DNA of 64,000 nt from an uncultured cyanobacterium (GTDB lineage Bacteria; Cyanobacteriota; Cyanobacteriia; Leptolyngbyales; Leptolyngbyaceae), in contig CAVYAN010000074.1 of NCBI GenBank assembly GCA_963766075.1, forward strand, positions 1 to 64,000, read 5' to 3'. Position numbers and translations under genes: made by a program. The notes under the pieces are model-generated. The model had not been told where the DNA came from and did no database searches. It saw only the letters and a program-made list of their open reading frames with translations. This document shows positions 43,501 through 53,743 of this stretch, piece after piece; positions within the stretch are counted from its first letter, which is position 1; every line of letters begins with the position of its first letter.

Positions 43501-44569
43501 GAAAGGCTTTAGCAAATTGCTCCTGACTCTGCTGCAAGGCGACTTCAGCCCCAATGCGTTCGTGAATTTCACTTTCTAGGGAAGCGTTGGCCATCACCAA
43601 CTCTGCCGTTCGTTCTTCTACCCGAAATTCGAGTTCCGCATAGGCGCGCCGTTTTTCATCTTCGGCCCATTTGCGCTGCATTTCGGTGGCAGCGCGGGCC
43701 GCAAATACCCGCATCAGCACTTGGGTCCGCTCATTGGGCAAGCAGGGCTTGGTGTCGATAATGCACAGGTTACCAATCACGGCCTGCTGGGCGTCTAACA
43801 GGGGCAGGCCCACGTAGCTTTCTGCCTGCAATCCCTGTAATAGAGCGTTGTTTGGAAATAGGTCTTGCAAGCCGCTGGGATAGTTGTATAGTCGTTTGTC
43901 GGCAACGACGTGGCCACAGGGCGTACCTGCGAGGGCATATTCCACGTTATCGACGAGGCGATCGCCCGCCCAGACTGCGAGACTCCGCAGCGCATCTTCG
44001 GAATGGTGCGTTTTCTCCGAAATAATCACATAGGCTACATCCAAGGCTGTGGCCAGGTTTTGCGCCAATGCTGAAAAAAATTCTTGACCCGTGACCGAGG
44101 CGGTACCGCTGACAATCATTTGCAGAATTTCATCAGTCCGCTGCCGCTCGGCAATTTGGGTTTCCAACTCCCGATTAATGGCTTCCAGTTCTTCAGGGGT
44201 TTTGAGGGCCAAAAATTGGGGCAGCAGTTCCACGAGGGTGAGGGCGGTATAGCAGGAAACCAGCGCCGTGATGGCCCGCTCTGCCCCAGATACCCAATAG
44301 GCCGGGTGCCACAGGGTCCAAATGTCAAGGAGATGGCCAGTGCCGCACAGGATAATGAATGCCCCGAACAGCATAAACACTCTAGAAAAGGGCAATTCTT
44401 CCCGCTTTCGCACGAAGTAGATCAGCATGGCGGGAATCGAAAAGTAGGCGATGGCAATTAGCGCATCACTGGTCAGGTGTAGCCAGACCAGGGGAGTTTG
44501 CCAGAGGTAGCAATGGCCGTGGGGAATGTACTGACGCGGCGATAGCAGGTTGGATAGCAGTTCCAGCAT
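40530..44569 (-). pseudogene. Hybrid kinase (ethylene-binding domain-GAF-PAS-GAF-CBCR GAF-HisKA-HATPase-REC) split by a -1 frameshift at about 41541-41544
   Basis: SDALIAIAYFSIP...FGAFIILCGTGH; QDTYLQE...ACY; SHELRTPLN; NLLGNAIKFT. The shifted frame continues LQFEVEDTGPGI...GTGLGLAISQKYAQMMG into the REC domain (FMDMRMP). May be an intact gene with an assembly error. Confidence 0.88.
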
Positions 44570-44733
44570 GGTCTTTAGGGAAGGGAATAGATTCAGCCGC
44601 AGGTCAGCGGCTAGAGCGGGCAGGTCCCGACACAGGCCGCCGCTTCATTCCATAGACTGCCCTTTTTTCGCCCGATTGTAGAGTGACAAGGGGAAAGAGG
44701 AAAAATTTGGAAGGCGGCGGCGGAGGGCTTGAA

Positions 44734-44775
44734 TTGTATACAAGTTTTGTATATGATAGTTGTATGCAAAACTTG
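44734..44775. promoter_or_regulatory. Putative GntR-type operator array upstream of the racemase-amidohydrolase operon
   Basis: TTGTATACAA, TTGTATATGA and TTGTATGCAA at 13-bp spacing, plus a CAAGTTTTG...CAAAACTTG dyad. Confidence 0.6.
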
Positions 44776-44934
44776 TCAACGGTAGAGTGCCTTTAAAACT
44801 CGGCCAGAAAAATATTCGGGTGGGTATCGGAGTGATGCGGATGCCTGTCTGGTATCGGGGTGATCGGTTTCTGCTACCCGCGTTGCCGTAGCATCTGACT
44901 CACAGAATTAACTTGCAGCGGTGCTATCAGGATT

Positions 44935-45642
44935 ATGAGAATCAAGGTCATCAACCCCAATACAACGACGAGCATGACTGAAAAAATTGCTGTGGCGGCC
45001 AAGGCCGTGGTCGGTCCCGGTACAGAGATTATTGCCTGTAATCCGGATTCGGGTCCCAGTGCGATCGAGGGGCATTACGATGAGGCCCTCAGTGTGATTG
45101 GCGTGTTGGATGAAATTCGTAAAGGAGAGGCCGAGGGGATGGATGGGTACGTGATTGCTTGCTTTGGCGATCCGGGCCTGCTGGCCGCGCGGGAGTTGGC
45201 CAAGGGGCCGGTCTTGGGCATTGCTGAGGCGGCGATGCATGCAGCTAGTTTTATTGCGACGGGGTTTTCCATTGTGACGACCTTAGGACGAACGCGAGTG
45301 ATTGCGCAGCATTTGGTGGATACCTATGGGATGTCTCGGTTTTGTCACAAGGTCCGAGCAATTGATTTGCCGGTGCTGAGTTTAGAAACGACCGAGGCGA
45401 GAACAGCCATTTTGCAAGAATGTCGGTTGGCGTTGCAGGAAGACCATTGTGGGGCGATCGTGTTGGGCTGTGGGGGGATGGCAGATTTGCCAGCGCAACT
45501 CAGTTGGGAATTGGGAATTCCTGTGATTGATGGGGTGAGCGTGGCAGTTAAATTTGTGGAAGCCCTGGTGAGTATGGGGCTGGGAACAAGCAAGGTGGGA
45601 GATTTAGCGTATCCCACAGCGAAGTCTTATTTAGGAATGTAA
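44935..45642 (+). CDS. Allantoin/hydantoin racemase (Asp/Glu racemase superfamily, HpxA-like)
   Basis: MRIKVINPNTTTSMT, SAIEGHYDEA, IACFGDPG, VLGCGGM. Confidence 0.9.
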   Translation: MRIKVINPNTTTSMTEKIAVAAKAVVGPGTEIIACNPDSGPSAIEGHYDEALSVIGVLDEIRKGEAEGMDGYVIACFGDPGLLAARELAKGPVLGIAEAAMHAASFIATGFSIVTTLGRTRVIAQHLVDTYGMSRFCHKVRAIDLPVLSLETTEARTAILQECRLALQEDHCGAIVLGCGGMADLPAQLSWELGIPVIDGVSVAVKFVEALVSMGLGTSKVGDLAYPTAKSYLGM

Positions 45643-45810
45643 TGGAGCGGGAGTAATGGAGTGGAATGTAATGGAGCGGCGGAATTCATGGCCAGGAGTG
45701 AGGAAATTGAAACAGCTTTGGCGTAGCGGCATAGGGTGCGATTAAAAATGAAAATTCTCGTCTATCTATAGTTTTAAGTTTGGGTCATTTCTGAGTCAAA
45801 GAGGGTGAGT

Positions 45811-47130
45811 ATGACTGTGACTTCAATGTTGACGGTGAATGGCGATCGCCTCAATCATCAGATTAATCGCCTTGCAAAAATTGGGCGGCAGGCTTCGGGG
45901 TGTATTCGCCGGTTGGCATTTACACCGGAGGATTTGCAGGCTCGGTATTTGGTGCAGCAGTGGATGGTGGAAGCGGGGATGGCGGTTCGCACCGATGCCG
46001 CGGGGAATTTGATTGGGACCTATGAAGGCACGGTGGCCGGGGCTCCGGCTTTGGCGACGGGTTCCCATATTGACACGGTGCCTTCGGGCGGACGGTTTGA
46101 TGGGGTGCTAGGGGTGCTGGCGGGGATTGAAGTGGTGCGAACTCTGAGAGAAAGCCATCTGCGGCTGAATCATCCAATTGAGGTGATGGTATTTACGGAT
46201 GAAGAAAGTACGATGATTGGTAGTCAGGCGATCGCGGGCACAGCGTTACTTCATGCGCCAGAACGCTACCAGCCCACACCGGGCGATTCGATTCAAGCCT
46301 GTTTGGAGATTGTGGGTGGCAACTGGGAGGCATTAGCAACGGCGAGACGCCATGGGGCGGATTTGGCTGCCTTTATTGAACTGCATGTGGAGCAGGGGGC
46401 AGTCCTGGAAAAGGCCGGGTGTCGGATTGGCATTGTGCAGGGGGTGGTCGGCATTCGGCGCAAGGTGATTACAATTACGGGGCAGGAAAATCACGCGGGG
46501 ACAACGCCCATGGATATGCGCCAGGATGCTCTAGTGGCAGCGGCTCAGGTGATTTTGACGGTACGTAATATGGCCCGGAGGATGCCCAATAGTCCGGTAG
46601 CAACGGTGGGGTATATGGCGATCGCCCCAAATTCAGTGAATAGTGTGGCGGGAAAAGTAGACCTAACCGTGGATATGCGCGACCTTTCTCAAGAGCGTCT
46701 GGATCATATGGTGGAACAACTGCGGGAGGACCTGGAGTTCATTGCAGCGGATACGATGACGGAAATCAAAATGGCACCCCTCTTGTGTGTGGAACCAACG
46801 CCAGCGGCAGACCATGTACAAGCAACAATTGCATCGGTTTGTCAACGCTTAGGGCTGAGTCATATGCATTTACCCAGTCGTGCAGGACATGATGCCCTAG
46901 AAATTGGTCGAATTACGGATATGGGGATGATTTTTGTGCCGAGTCAGGCAGGGGTGAGTCATTCTGAGGCCGAGTATACTTCGCCGGAACATTGTACCCA
47001 GGGGGCCAATACACTGCTGCATACACTGCTGGATTTGGATCACTATTACGCGGTGCGTCGCGAGGTGTTTACCACTAATGTTAAGAAATTCAATCTGTTT
47101 GCGCGTCCTGGAGTGGCAGATCGCAATTGA
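45811..47130 (+). CDS. M20 Zn-dependent allantoate / N-carbamoyl-amino-acid amidohydrolase
   Basis: [48 protein letters not shown]. Confidence 0.92.
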   Translation: MTVTSMLTVNGDRLNHQINRLAKIGRQASGCIRRLAFTPEDLQARYLVQQWMVEAGMAVRTDAAGNLIGTYEGTVAGAPALATGSHIDTVPSGGRFDGVLGVLAGIEVVRTLRESHLRLNHPIEVMVFTDEESTMIGSQAIAGTALLHAPERYQPTPGDSIQACLEIVGGNWEALATARRHGADLAAFIELHVEQGAVLEKAGCRIGIVQGVVGIRRKVITITGQENHAGTTPMDMRQDALVAAAQVILTVRNMARRMPNSPVATVGYMAIAPNSVNSVAGKVDLTVDMRDLSQERLDHMVEQLREDLEFIAADTMTEIKMAPLLCVEPTPAADHVQATIASVCQRLGLSHMHLPSRAGHDALEIGRITDMGMIFVPSQAGVSHSEAEYTSPEHCTQGANTLLHTLLDLDHYYAVRREVFTTNVKKFNLFARPGVADRN

Positions 47131-48319
47131 CCCCTAAACCCACCGCATCGCCAATTGTCGCCAAGCCGTGTTCCTCTAGCCGTGCCACGAGACCGCGCAG
47201 AATACGCTGCACCATCCAAGGCCCTTCGTAAGCCCAGCCCGTATAAACCTGGACAAGACTGGCCCCAGCGGTAATTTTTTCCCAAGCATCAGCGGCGGTA
47301 AACACGCCACCCACCCCAATGATGGGCAGTTTGCCCTGGGTGGTTTGGGCGATGAAGCGAATGACCTCCGTCGATCGCTGCCGCACCGGAGCACCGCTAA
47401 TTCCTCCCGCTTCTTCAGTAACGGGATTGCCGGTTTGCTCCAGGCGCACCGTGGTGAGGCCATCCCGGCGAATTGTCGTGTTGGTGGCGATGATGCCCGC
47501 CAGGCGGTATTTCTGGGCCAGATCAATGACTTCGGCGATCGCCTCCCAGGTCAGGTCCGGAGCAATCTTAACCAACAGGGGCTTTTCGCCATCATTTTCC
47601 TGCTGTAGAGCCGCCAAAATGGGAGCAAGCTGGTCCGCAGCCTGGAGCGATCGCAGTCCCGGTGTATTTGGGGAACTAACATTCACCACGAAGTAATCGC
47701 CCCACGGCTTGAGTAGCCGAAAGCTGGCCAGATAGTCCTCAGCTGCCGCTTCTAAAGGCGTAATTTTAGACTTGCCAAGATTAATCCCCAGGGGAATGGC
47801 ACTGGCCTGATTGGCGGCCTGATCGGCGGCCTGATCCGCCATCCTGAGGCGTCCTTGCCCCCACCGTTGCCGCAACTGCTCAGCCATCACCGCTGCACCC
47901 TGATTATTAAACCCCATGCGATTGAGGGCGGCTTGATCCTGAGGCAGGCGAAATAAGCGCGGGGGCGGATTCCCCGGTTGGCCCTGGTGGGTAACGGTGC
48001 CCAGTTCGGCAAAGCCAAAGCCCAGATGTGCCCATACGCCCGAAGCAACGCCATCTTTATCAAATCCAGCAGCAAGGCCGATGGGGTTGGCAAAGGGAAT
48101 ACCTGTCGCTCCAGGATGTCCGAATAGGGTTTGTGCAAGGCGGGGGTCGGCCCACGCACAGGACTGGTGTAGACGGGCTTGGGACCATTGCGACAGGGGG
48201 TTCGCGTGGGTAGCGTCGAGCCACGCGAGGGTGCGCAGCAATTGCCCATGGGCCCATTCGGCATCGGCGTGGAGGCCAGAAAACAGAAGCGGACGGATGG
48301 CGTTCTGGTAAATATCCAT
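47090..48319 (-). CDS. pyrD: Quinone-dependent dihydroorotate dehydrogenase
   Basis: [46 protein letters not shown]. Confidence 0.96.
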   Translation of the reverse strand: MDIYQNAIRPLLFSGLHADAEWAHGQLLRTLAWLDATHANPLSQWSQARLHQSCAWADPRLAQTLFGHPGATGIPFANPIGLAAGFDKDGVASGVWAHLGFGFAELGTVTHQGQPGNPPPRLFRLPQDQAALNRMGFNNQGAAVMAEQLRQRWGQGRLRMADQAADQAANQASAIPLGINLGKSKITPLEAAAEDYLASFRLLKPWGDYFVVNVSSPNTPGLRSLQAADQLAPILAALQQENDGEKPLLVKIAPDLTWEAIAEVIDLAQKYRLAGIIATNTTIRRDGLTTVRLEQTGNPVTEEAGGISGAPVRQRSTEVIRFIAQTTQGKLPIIGVGGVFTAADAWEKITAGASLVQVYTGWAYEGPWMVQRILRGLVARLEEHGLATIGDAVGLGVNCDLPLQDAQTD

Positions 48320-48598
48320 GGGTTAGGTGGGAAGGCAGGGGCAATTTATCGTAACCGCTCCCGGGGCGCAGAAAAATTAAAACCTTTTTGGGGACCGCCT
48401 TTGCCGATGGGTGGCCCCAAAAAAGCGCCGATGGGGAAGTGCCGATGGGGTGGGGATCTGTTGCAGGGGGCGATCGCTGGGGCATGCTAAGCCCGTCGTC
48501 GTGCAGGACTGTTGGGGCGACATCTCTGACATCTGTATGGAGAACTATCGTTTGGAGAACTATCGCTTGAGGAAATATATAGTAAGGACTCTATCACC

Positions 48599-50065
48599 GT
48601 GGTCGTAGCATCCTGGGAAACAGTTCTGGCCAGTCTTCGCCAGCATTGGGGCTATACCGATTTTCGTCCGCCACAGGGGGAGATTATCCGCGCGCTGTTA
48701 GAAGGGCGCGATACCCTCGTGGTGATGCCCACAGGAGGCGGTAAATCCATTTGCTTTCAGTTGCCCGCCTTACTGCAAACCGGCTTGACCTTGGTGATTT
48801 CGCCCCTAGTGGCACTCATGGAAAATCAGGTGCAAGAACTGCGGCAACGGCAGCTACCGGCGGCACTGATTCATAGTGAGTTGCCCCGCGCCGAAAAACA
48901 GCGGGTTTTGCATGACTTGGGGCAGCAAAAGCTGCGGCTCCTGTATCTTTCACCGGAGACGCTACTGAGTCCACCCGTGTGGGAAAAGCTCTGTCACCCC
49001 GATTTATCAATTCAGGGATTGATCCTGGACGAGGCGCATTGTTTGGTGCAGTGGGGCGACGCTTTTCGACCCGCCTATTACCGCTTGGGGGCGGTGAGAT
49101 CGGCCCTGCTCCACCATAAACCCGCTGGCAGTCGGATGGCGATCGCGGCCTTCACCGCCACCGCCGATCCCTATACCCAACAGACTATTGAACGAATTTT
49201 ACAGTTGCAGGATCCGCAGATTTTTCGCTTGAATCCCTATCGTCCCAACCTCCGGCTCAGCACCCAAACCGTGTTTACCCCACGGGGACGAAAACAGCGC
49301 CTCCTGCGGTTGATTCAATCCCAGGAGCGGCAATCAGGACTGGTGTATGTGCGGACACGACGGGATAGTGAACAGTTGGTCGCGTGGCTCCGGGATCTGG
49401 GCTATCAAACGGCGGCGTATCATGCGGGCCTTGGGGCGCTGGAGCGGCGACGGATTGAACAGGAGTGGTTAGCAAACCGGACCCAGTTTGTGATTTGTAC
49501 CAGTGCCTTTGGCATGGGGGTCAACCATCCGACGGTGCGCTGGGTGGCCCATTACCATGCACCGCTGTTGCTGTCGGAATATGTTCAGGAAGTGGGGCGG
49601 GCAGGCCGAGATGGCCAACCCGCGATCGCCCTTACCCTAATTAGTGAACCCACGGGCTGGCTCGATCCGCAGGATCGGCAACGCCGCCAATTCTTTGAGC
49701 AGCACGGACTCAAGCAACAGCGGCGGGCCCAAGCCCTGATCAACACCCTACCGCCCCAGGGCGATATTGCCACAGTGCTGCGGGCCAATCGAGATGCAGC
49801 GCTGGCGTTATCCTGGCTGCATGGCATCGGGCAATTGAGCTGGTCTGATCCCTTTCACTATGTTTTGCATCCTCAAAAGGTTTTGCATTTTCAAAAATTG
49901 CGGGATGCCGCAGCAGCCCATCCAGGCCAGGAGGTGCCGGGAAGCAGACAAATGGTGCAGTTCTTGCGAACTCGCCAGTGCCGCTGGCAGTTTTTGCTGG
50001 TCGCCTTCGGCTTTGCCGCAGAGGCCCAAAATTTCCGCTGTGGCCACTGCGAAAATTGCCGATGA
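48599..50065 (+). CDS. RecQ-family helicase (short form with C-terminal Zn-binding motif)
   Basis: MPTGGGKS, DEAH, TATA, AYHAGL, QEVGRAGRDG, CR...CGHCENC. Confidence 0.92.
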   Translation: MVVASWETVLASLRQHWGYTDFRPPQGEIIRALLEGRDTLVVMPTGGGKSICFQLPALLQTGLTLVISPLVALMENQVQELRQRQLPAALIHSELPRAEKQRVLHDLGQQKLRLLYLSPETLLSPPVWEKLCHPDLSIQGLILDEAHCLVQWGDAFRPAYYRLGAVRSALLHHKPAGSRMAIAAFTATADPYTQQTIERILQLQDPQIFRLNPYRPNLRLSTQTVFTPRGRKQRLLRLIQSQERQSGLVYVRTRRDSEQLVAWLRDLGYQTAAYHAGLGALERRRIEQEWLANRTQFVICTSAFGMGVNHPTVRWVAHYHAPLLLSEYVQEVGRAGRDGQPAIALTLISEPTGWLDPQDRQRRQFFEQHGLKQQRRAQALINTLPPQGDIATVLRANRDAALALSWLHGIGQLSWSDPFHYVLHPQKVLHFQKLRDAAAAHPGQEVPGSRQMVQFLRTRQCRWQFLLVAFGFAAEAQNFRCGHCENCR

Positions 50066-50094
50066 AATCTGTCGGTGAAATCTGCGGGTGAAGC

Positions 50095-50409
50095 CTACGG
50101 TGAAGCCTGCTGGTGAAACCGTGTCAGCAAGGATTTAAGACTCGGCAGGTTCGCGATCGCCCCCAAGCTAACTAGCCCCACAGCTAACGCCACAGCCTGC
50201 GAGCGACGGTGAGCGCGCTGGTGGAGGAAGTGCTTCGTCCAGTGGACCACGAATCCACCCACAACCAGGTACGGGAGCCACTGCAAACCCGGAATATTGA
50301 CTCCCAGCCGGGAAAGACCAATAAGGAGGGCATCATCTAGCAGACTCAGCATGAAGATAACCACTTGACCCAAAACCGTACTGAAAAAGCCATCGAAACT
50401 AAAATCCAT
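50095..50409 (-). CDS. Small hypothetical membrane protein
   Basis: 104-aa ORF with three hydrophobic segments filling the gap between genes. Confidence 0.55.
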   Translation of the reverse strand: MDFSFDGFFSTVLGQVVIFMLSLLDDALLIGLSRLGVNIPGLQWLPYLVVGGFVVHWTKHFLHQRAHRRSQAVALAVGLVSLGAIANLPSLKSLLTRFHQQASP

Positions 50410-50534
50410 ACATAAAACGTTACAAAACGTTGTTGAAAGAATCGGTCCAAGTCATTGCCTATTTCATGACTTCACCCTATACGAATTTGTTATCTAGGGT
50501 GTAAGCCTTAAGGATGTCTATGGATTTTCAATGC

Positions 50535-50954
50535 CTAGGCATTTTTGATCGGAGGAGACCAGGCCCACCCCAAGGCTGTGGCAATTTGGGTGGCCAATTC
50601 GAGGGGCTCAAAGGGTTTGGCAATAGCGGCTCGCATGCCGAGTTCCGCGTACTGATGGCGATCGGAGGCTTGGATTTTGGCCGTGAGGAGAATCACGGGA
50701 ATGTGTTGGGTGGTAGGGTCAGCTTGCAGCGCTTTAAAGGTGGTAATACCATCCATATCCGGCATCATCACATCCAACAGGATGGCGTCAGGCTGGGCTA
50801 GGGCGGCCATCTGAATGCCCTCCTGTCCCGATCCGGCGGTGATCACATCCCAACCCGCAATGGTTTCTAAACAAATCTGGGCAACTTCTTGGATATAGTC
50901 TTCATTATCAACAACCAGAATGCGACGCTTCGGTGAGTTCTTCGGTGAGTTCAT
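50535..50954 (-). CDS. Single-domain response regulator
   Basis: ILVVDNE, LLDVMMPDMDG, LLTAK, IAKPF. Confidence 0.92.
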   Translation of the reverse strand: MNSPKNSPKRRILVVDNEDYIQEVAQICLETIAGWDVITAGSGQEGIQMAALAQPDAILLDVMMPDMDGITTFKALQADPTTQHIPVILLTAKIQASDRHQYAELGMRAAIAKPFEPLELATQIATALGWAWSPPIKNA

Positions 50955-50965
50955 AGTTAGGAGCC

Positions 50966-52678
50966 TTAGGAACGGATCAAGGGCAACGTGAAGTGAAAGC
51001 TACTGCCTTGACCCAGGGTACTTTCAACCCAAATGGTACCGCCATGCTGGGAAACGATGCTGTGACAGATGGATAGACCAAGACCAGTGCCTTCGTGGTT
51101 GCGAGAGTCAGACGAATCGACTTGTTGAAAGCGTTCAAAAATCATCTCTAGCTTTTCTGGGGGAATGCCCCGACCTTGGTCTTGCACCGTGAATTGAATG
51201 GATTGATTTTGAGGTTTCGTTGTAATAAAAATAGTGCTGCCCATCGGTGAAAACTTGATGGCATTACTGAGGAGATTAGTCAGTGTTTGGACAATGCGAT
51301 CGCGATCGCCCCGCAATTCGGCTGCTACTGTCGATACGGATAGCTTTATCTGAGCCTTATCCGCAATCCCTTGAATTTCGTTAACAGCCGCAGTAATCAA
51401 ATCGGGGACAGAGCACAGTTGGTTCTCCATTTTGACGCGGCCCGATTCAATGCGCTCAATATCCAGAATATCGTTAATCAGCCGAACGAGGCGATCGGTG
51501 CTATTGACAGCAATCTTGAGCAAGCGCTGACCTGCTTCGGAATTGGCATTCAGTAAACCGCTGGCCAATAGGCCCAGGGAGCCATGAATCGACGTCAGGG
51601 GCGTTCGCAGCTCATGACTGACAATAGATACAAATTCATCCTTCATCTGCTCAATGTGTTTGCGATCGCTAATGTCCCGCAGGATTACCGTACAAATGGG
51701 ACCCATCTCCAAATCCAGTTTGGAAATAGAGGCTTCTGCCGCAAACTCTGTGCCATCTTTGCGGCGACCGTAGATTTCCTGGCGCTCGCCCATGCGGCGC
51801 GCCGCTGCCTGGGAACGGCTAAAGTTATAGATATGGCGATCATGGGCATGGACAAATCGAGGCGGCAATAGGAGCGCCAAAGGTTTTCCCAAAATTTCAT
51901 CTCCCCGATAGCCAAAGATCCGCTCAGCCCCTTGATTAAACAGGGTAATGTTGTGGTCGCCATCGATCGCAATAATCGCATCGTCAGCAATGCTGAGAAT
52001 ACCGGAAAACCGCTTCTGGGACGTTTCAAGGGCAACCTGGGTGCGTTTGTGCTGCTCCAGCTCGATTTGTAAATGTTGATTCACAAACATGAGTTCGGCA
52101 GTGCGCTCAGCCACCCGTAGCTCCAATTCCTCATTCATTTGGCGCAGGTCCATCTCGGCACGTTGCCGCGCCATGGCTCCCGCCAAGATATGGGCAATGG
52201 CCTGCAAAAACGCCTTATCTTCCGGAGAAAATATGCGCGGTTGACGGCTGGAGACTGCTAAGAGGCCGTAGGACACGGGTCCACTCGCGATCGCCACCGT
52301 TAAGCTACTTGCGGTACCACACCCCTGGAACAGGGATACTGCCGCCACATAGGGCAGTGGTTTGGGCAGAGGTTTGTCCATCTCTAGCCCCTCCTGGTCC
52401 GGATGCCAGCCCACACTGGCCCGAATCTGGAGCAGATCCTCGGCATCCTCCCCCGATACAGGCTCGGCAATCAGGCACAGATCGATGGCTAAGGCGTGAG
52501 CCACCCGCGCCACGGCAGCTTGCATTAGGGCAACCAAGTCATAGCCCGTCAGCGCCGCTTGGCCAAGCTGGGTGACAGCCGTGAGCTGAGGACAGCGATC
52601 GCTGATATCAAGGTCATCGGAGGCATTATCCTGAATGGGTAGGGACAGCAGAGGTGTGAAGGAGGTTAAGGGAGACAT
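50966..52678 (-). CDS. Cytoplasmic GAF-PAS sensor histidine kinase
   Basis: PAS (FNQGAERIFGY, RRKDGTEF), SHELRTPLTSI, NLLSNAIKFS, GTGLGLSI. Confidence 0.92.
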   Translation of the reverse strand: MSPLTSFTPLLSLPIQDNASDDLDISDRCPQLTAVTQLGQAALTGYDLVALMQAAVARVAHALAIDLCLIAEPVSGEDAEDLLQIRASVGWHPDQEGLEMDKPLPKPLPYVAAVSLFQGCGTASSLTVAIASGPVSYGLLAVSSRQPRIFSPEDKAFLQAIAHILAGAMARQRAEMDLRQMNEELELRVAERTAELMFVNQHLQIELEQHKRTQVALETSQKRFSGILSIADDAIIAIDGDHNITLFNQGAERIFGYRGDEILGKPLALLLPPRFVHAHDRHIYNFSRSQAAARRMGERQEIYGRRKDGTEFAAEASISKLDLEMGPICTVILRDISDRKHIEQMKDEFVSIVSHELRTPLTSIHGSLGLLASGLLNANSEAGQRLLKIAVNSTDRLVRLINDILDIERIESGRVKMENQLCSVPDLITAAVNEIQGIADKAQIKLSVSTVAAELRGDRDRIVQTLTNLLSNAIKFSPMGSTIFITTKPQNQSIQFTVQDQGRGIPPEKLEMIFERFQQVDSSDSRNHEGTGLGLSICHSIVSQHGGTIWVESTLGQGSSFHFTLPLIRS

Positions 52679-52958
52679 CGCACGATCCAAAATTCTCAGC
52701 CTGTTCGCTAGGGTTACTGGAATGGGCTAATTGTTCTCTCTACAGGTTGCTATGGCAGGCAGGTTGCTATGTCCGGTCATGATTTAGAGTTGATCTATAT
52801 CAAACTCTCTATAGACTAGTGTAGCGATTCCATCGGAGATTAACTAATTGTATATTTAGTTATCGATCTGTTTCTAATGATTAACATCTGCCCGCTCTAG
52901 TGCACTCCTTGTGAGAAATGACTGGGCCTAGACGCTGGGCCATGGCGATAGGAGGGGG

Positions 52959-53705
52959 ATGGTGCGCGTTTTGATTTTGGGGGGAACAGGGGACAGTGCT
53001 GCTCTAGTGGCAAAGATTTCACCTTTGCCCCAGTTTGAACTTGTGACGTCCTTGGCTGGGCGGACGCAACACCCCACGCTACCCGAGGGGGCGGTGCGCA
53101 CCGGAGGCTTTGGCGGGACGGTGGGCCTGATTCAGTATTTGCGGGATGAAGGGATCGAGATCCTGATTGATGCGACGCATCCGTTTGCAGTGCAAATGTC
53201 GTGGCAGGCGGCTGCCGCTGCCGCTGAGGTCAAGATTCCGTTCTTGATGCTCGTGCGGCCTCCGTGGACAGCCGTTGCGGGCGATCGCTGGATTACCGTG
53301 GAGACGGTTGAGGCCGCTGCCCAATCCATTCCCACTAACGCCTCGCGGGTTTTTCTGACCATTGGCCGACAGCACATTGCCCCCTTTGCGGCATTAACGC
53401 AGACTTGGTTTTTAATCCGATCCATCGACCCACCGGCATCGGATCGAGAACTACCGCCGGGAGAGCTTTTGTTGGATCGTGGCCCCTTTGACATCCAGTC
53501 GGAACGGCAACTGCTGCAGGACTATCGCATTGATGCCATCGTCAGCAAAAATAGCGGTGGATCCGCCACCTATGCAAAAATTATTGCCGCACGCGAATTG
53601 GGCATTCCAGTGGTGATGGTACAGCGCCCCGTGATGCCCGCAGGAACACAAGTTCCGGATGCAGAAACAGCTATGGCATGGCTAATGTCTAGAATAGAGA
53701 GGTAA
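52959..53705 (+). CDS. cobK: Precorrin-6A / cobalt-precorrin-6A reductase
   Basis: LILGGT, SLAGRT, GGFGG, IDATHPFA, VSKNSGG. Confidence 0.93.
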   Translation: MVRVLILGGTGDSAALVAKISPLPQFELVTSLAGRTQHPTLPEGAVRTGGFGGTVGLIQYLRDEGIEILIDATHPFAVQMSWQAAAAAAEVKIPFLMLVRPPWTAVAGDRWITVETVEAAAQSIPTNASRVFLTIGRQHIAPFAALTQTWFLIRSIDPPASDRELPPGELLLDRGPFDIQSERQLLQDYRIDAIVSKNSGGSATYAKIIAARELGIPVVMVQRPVMPAGTQVPDAETAMAWLMSRIER

Positions 53706-53743
53706 TGGCCCATGCCCCACGATCGCTTAAGCGACAAGGCCAC

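Noticed and set aside
52700..52958. Cobalamin riboswitch upstream of cobK
   Set aside because: No B12-box or conserved core recognisable by eye.
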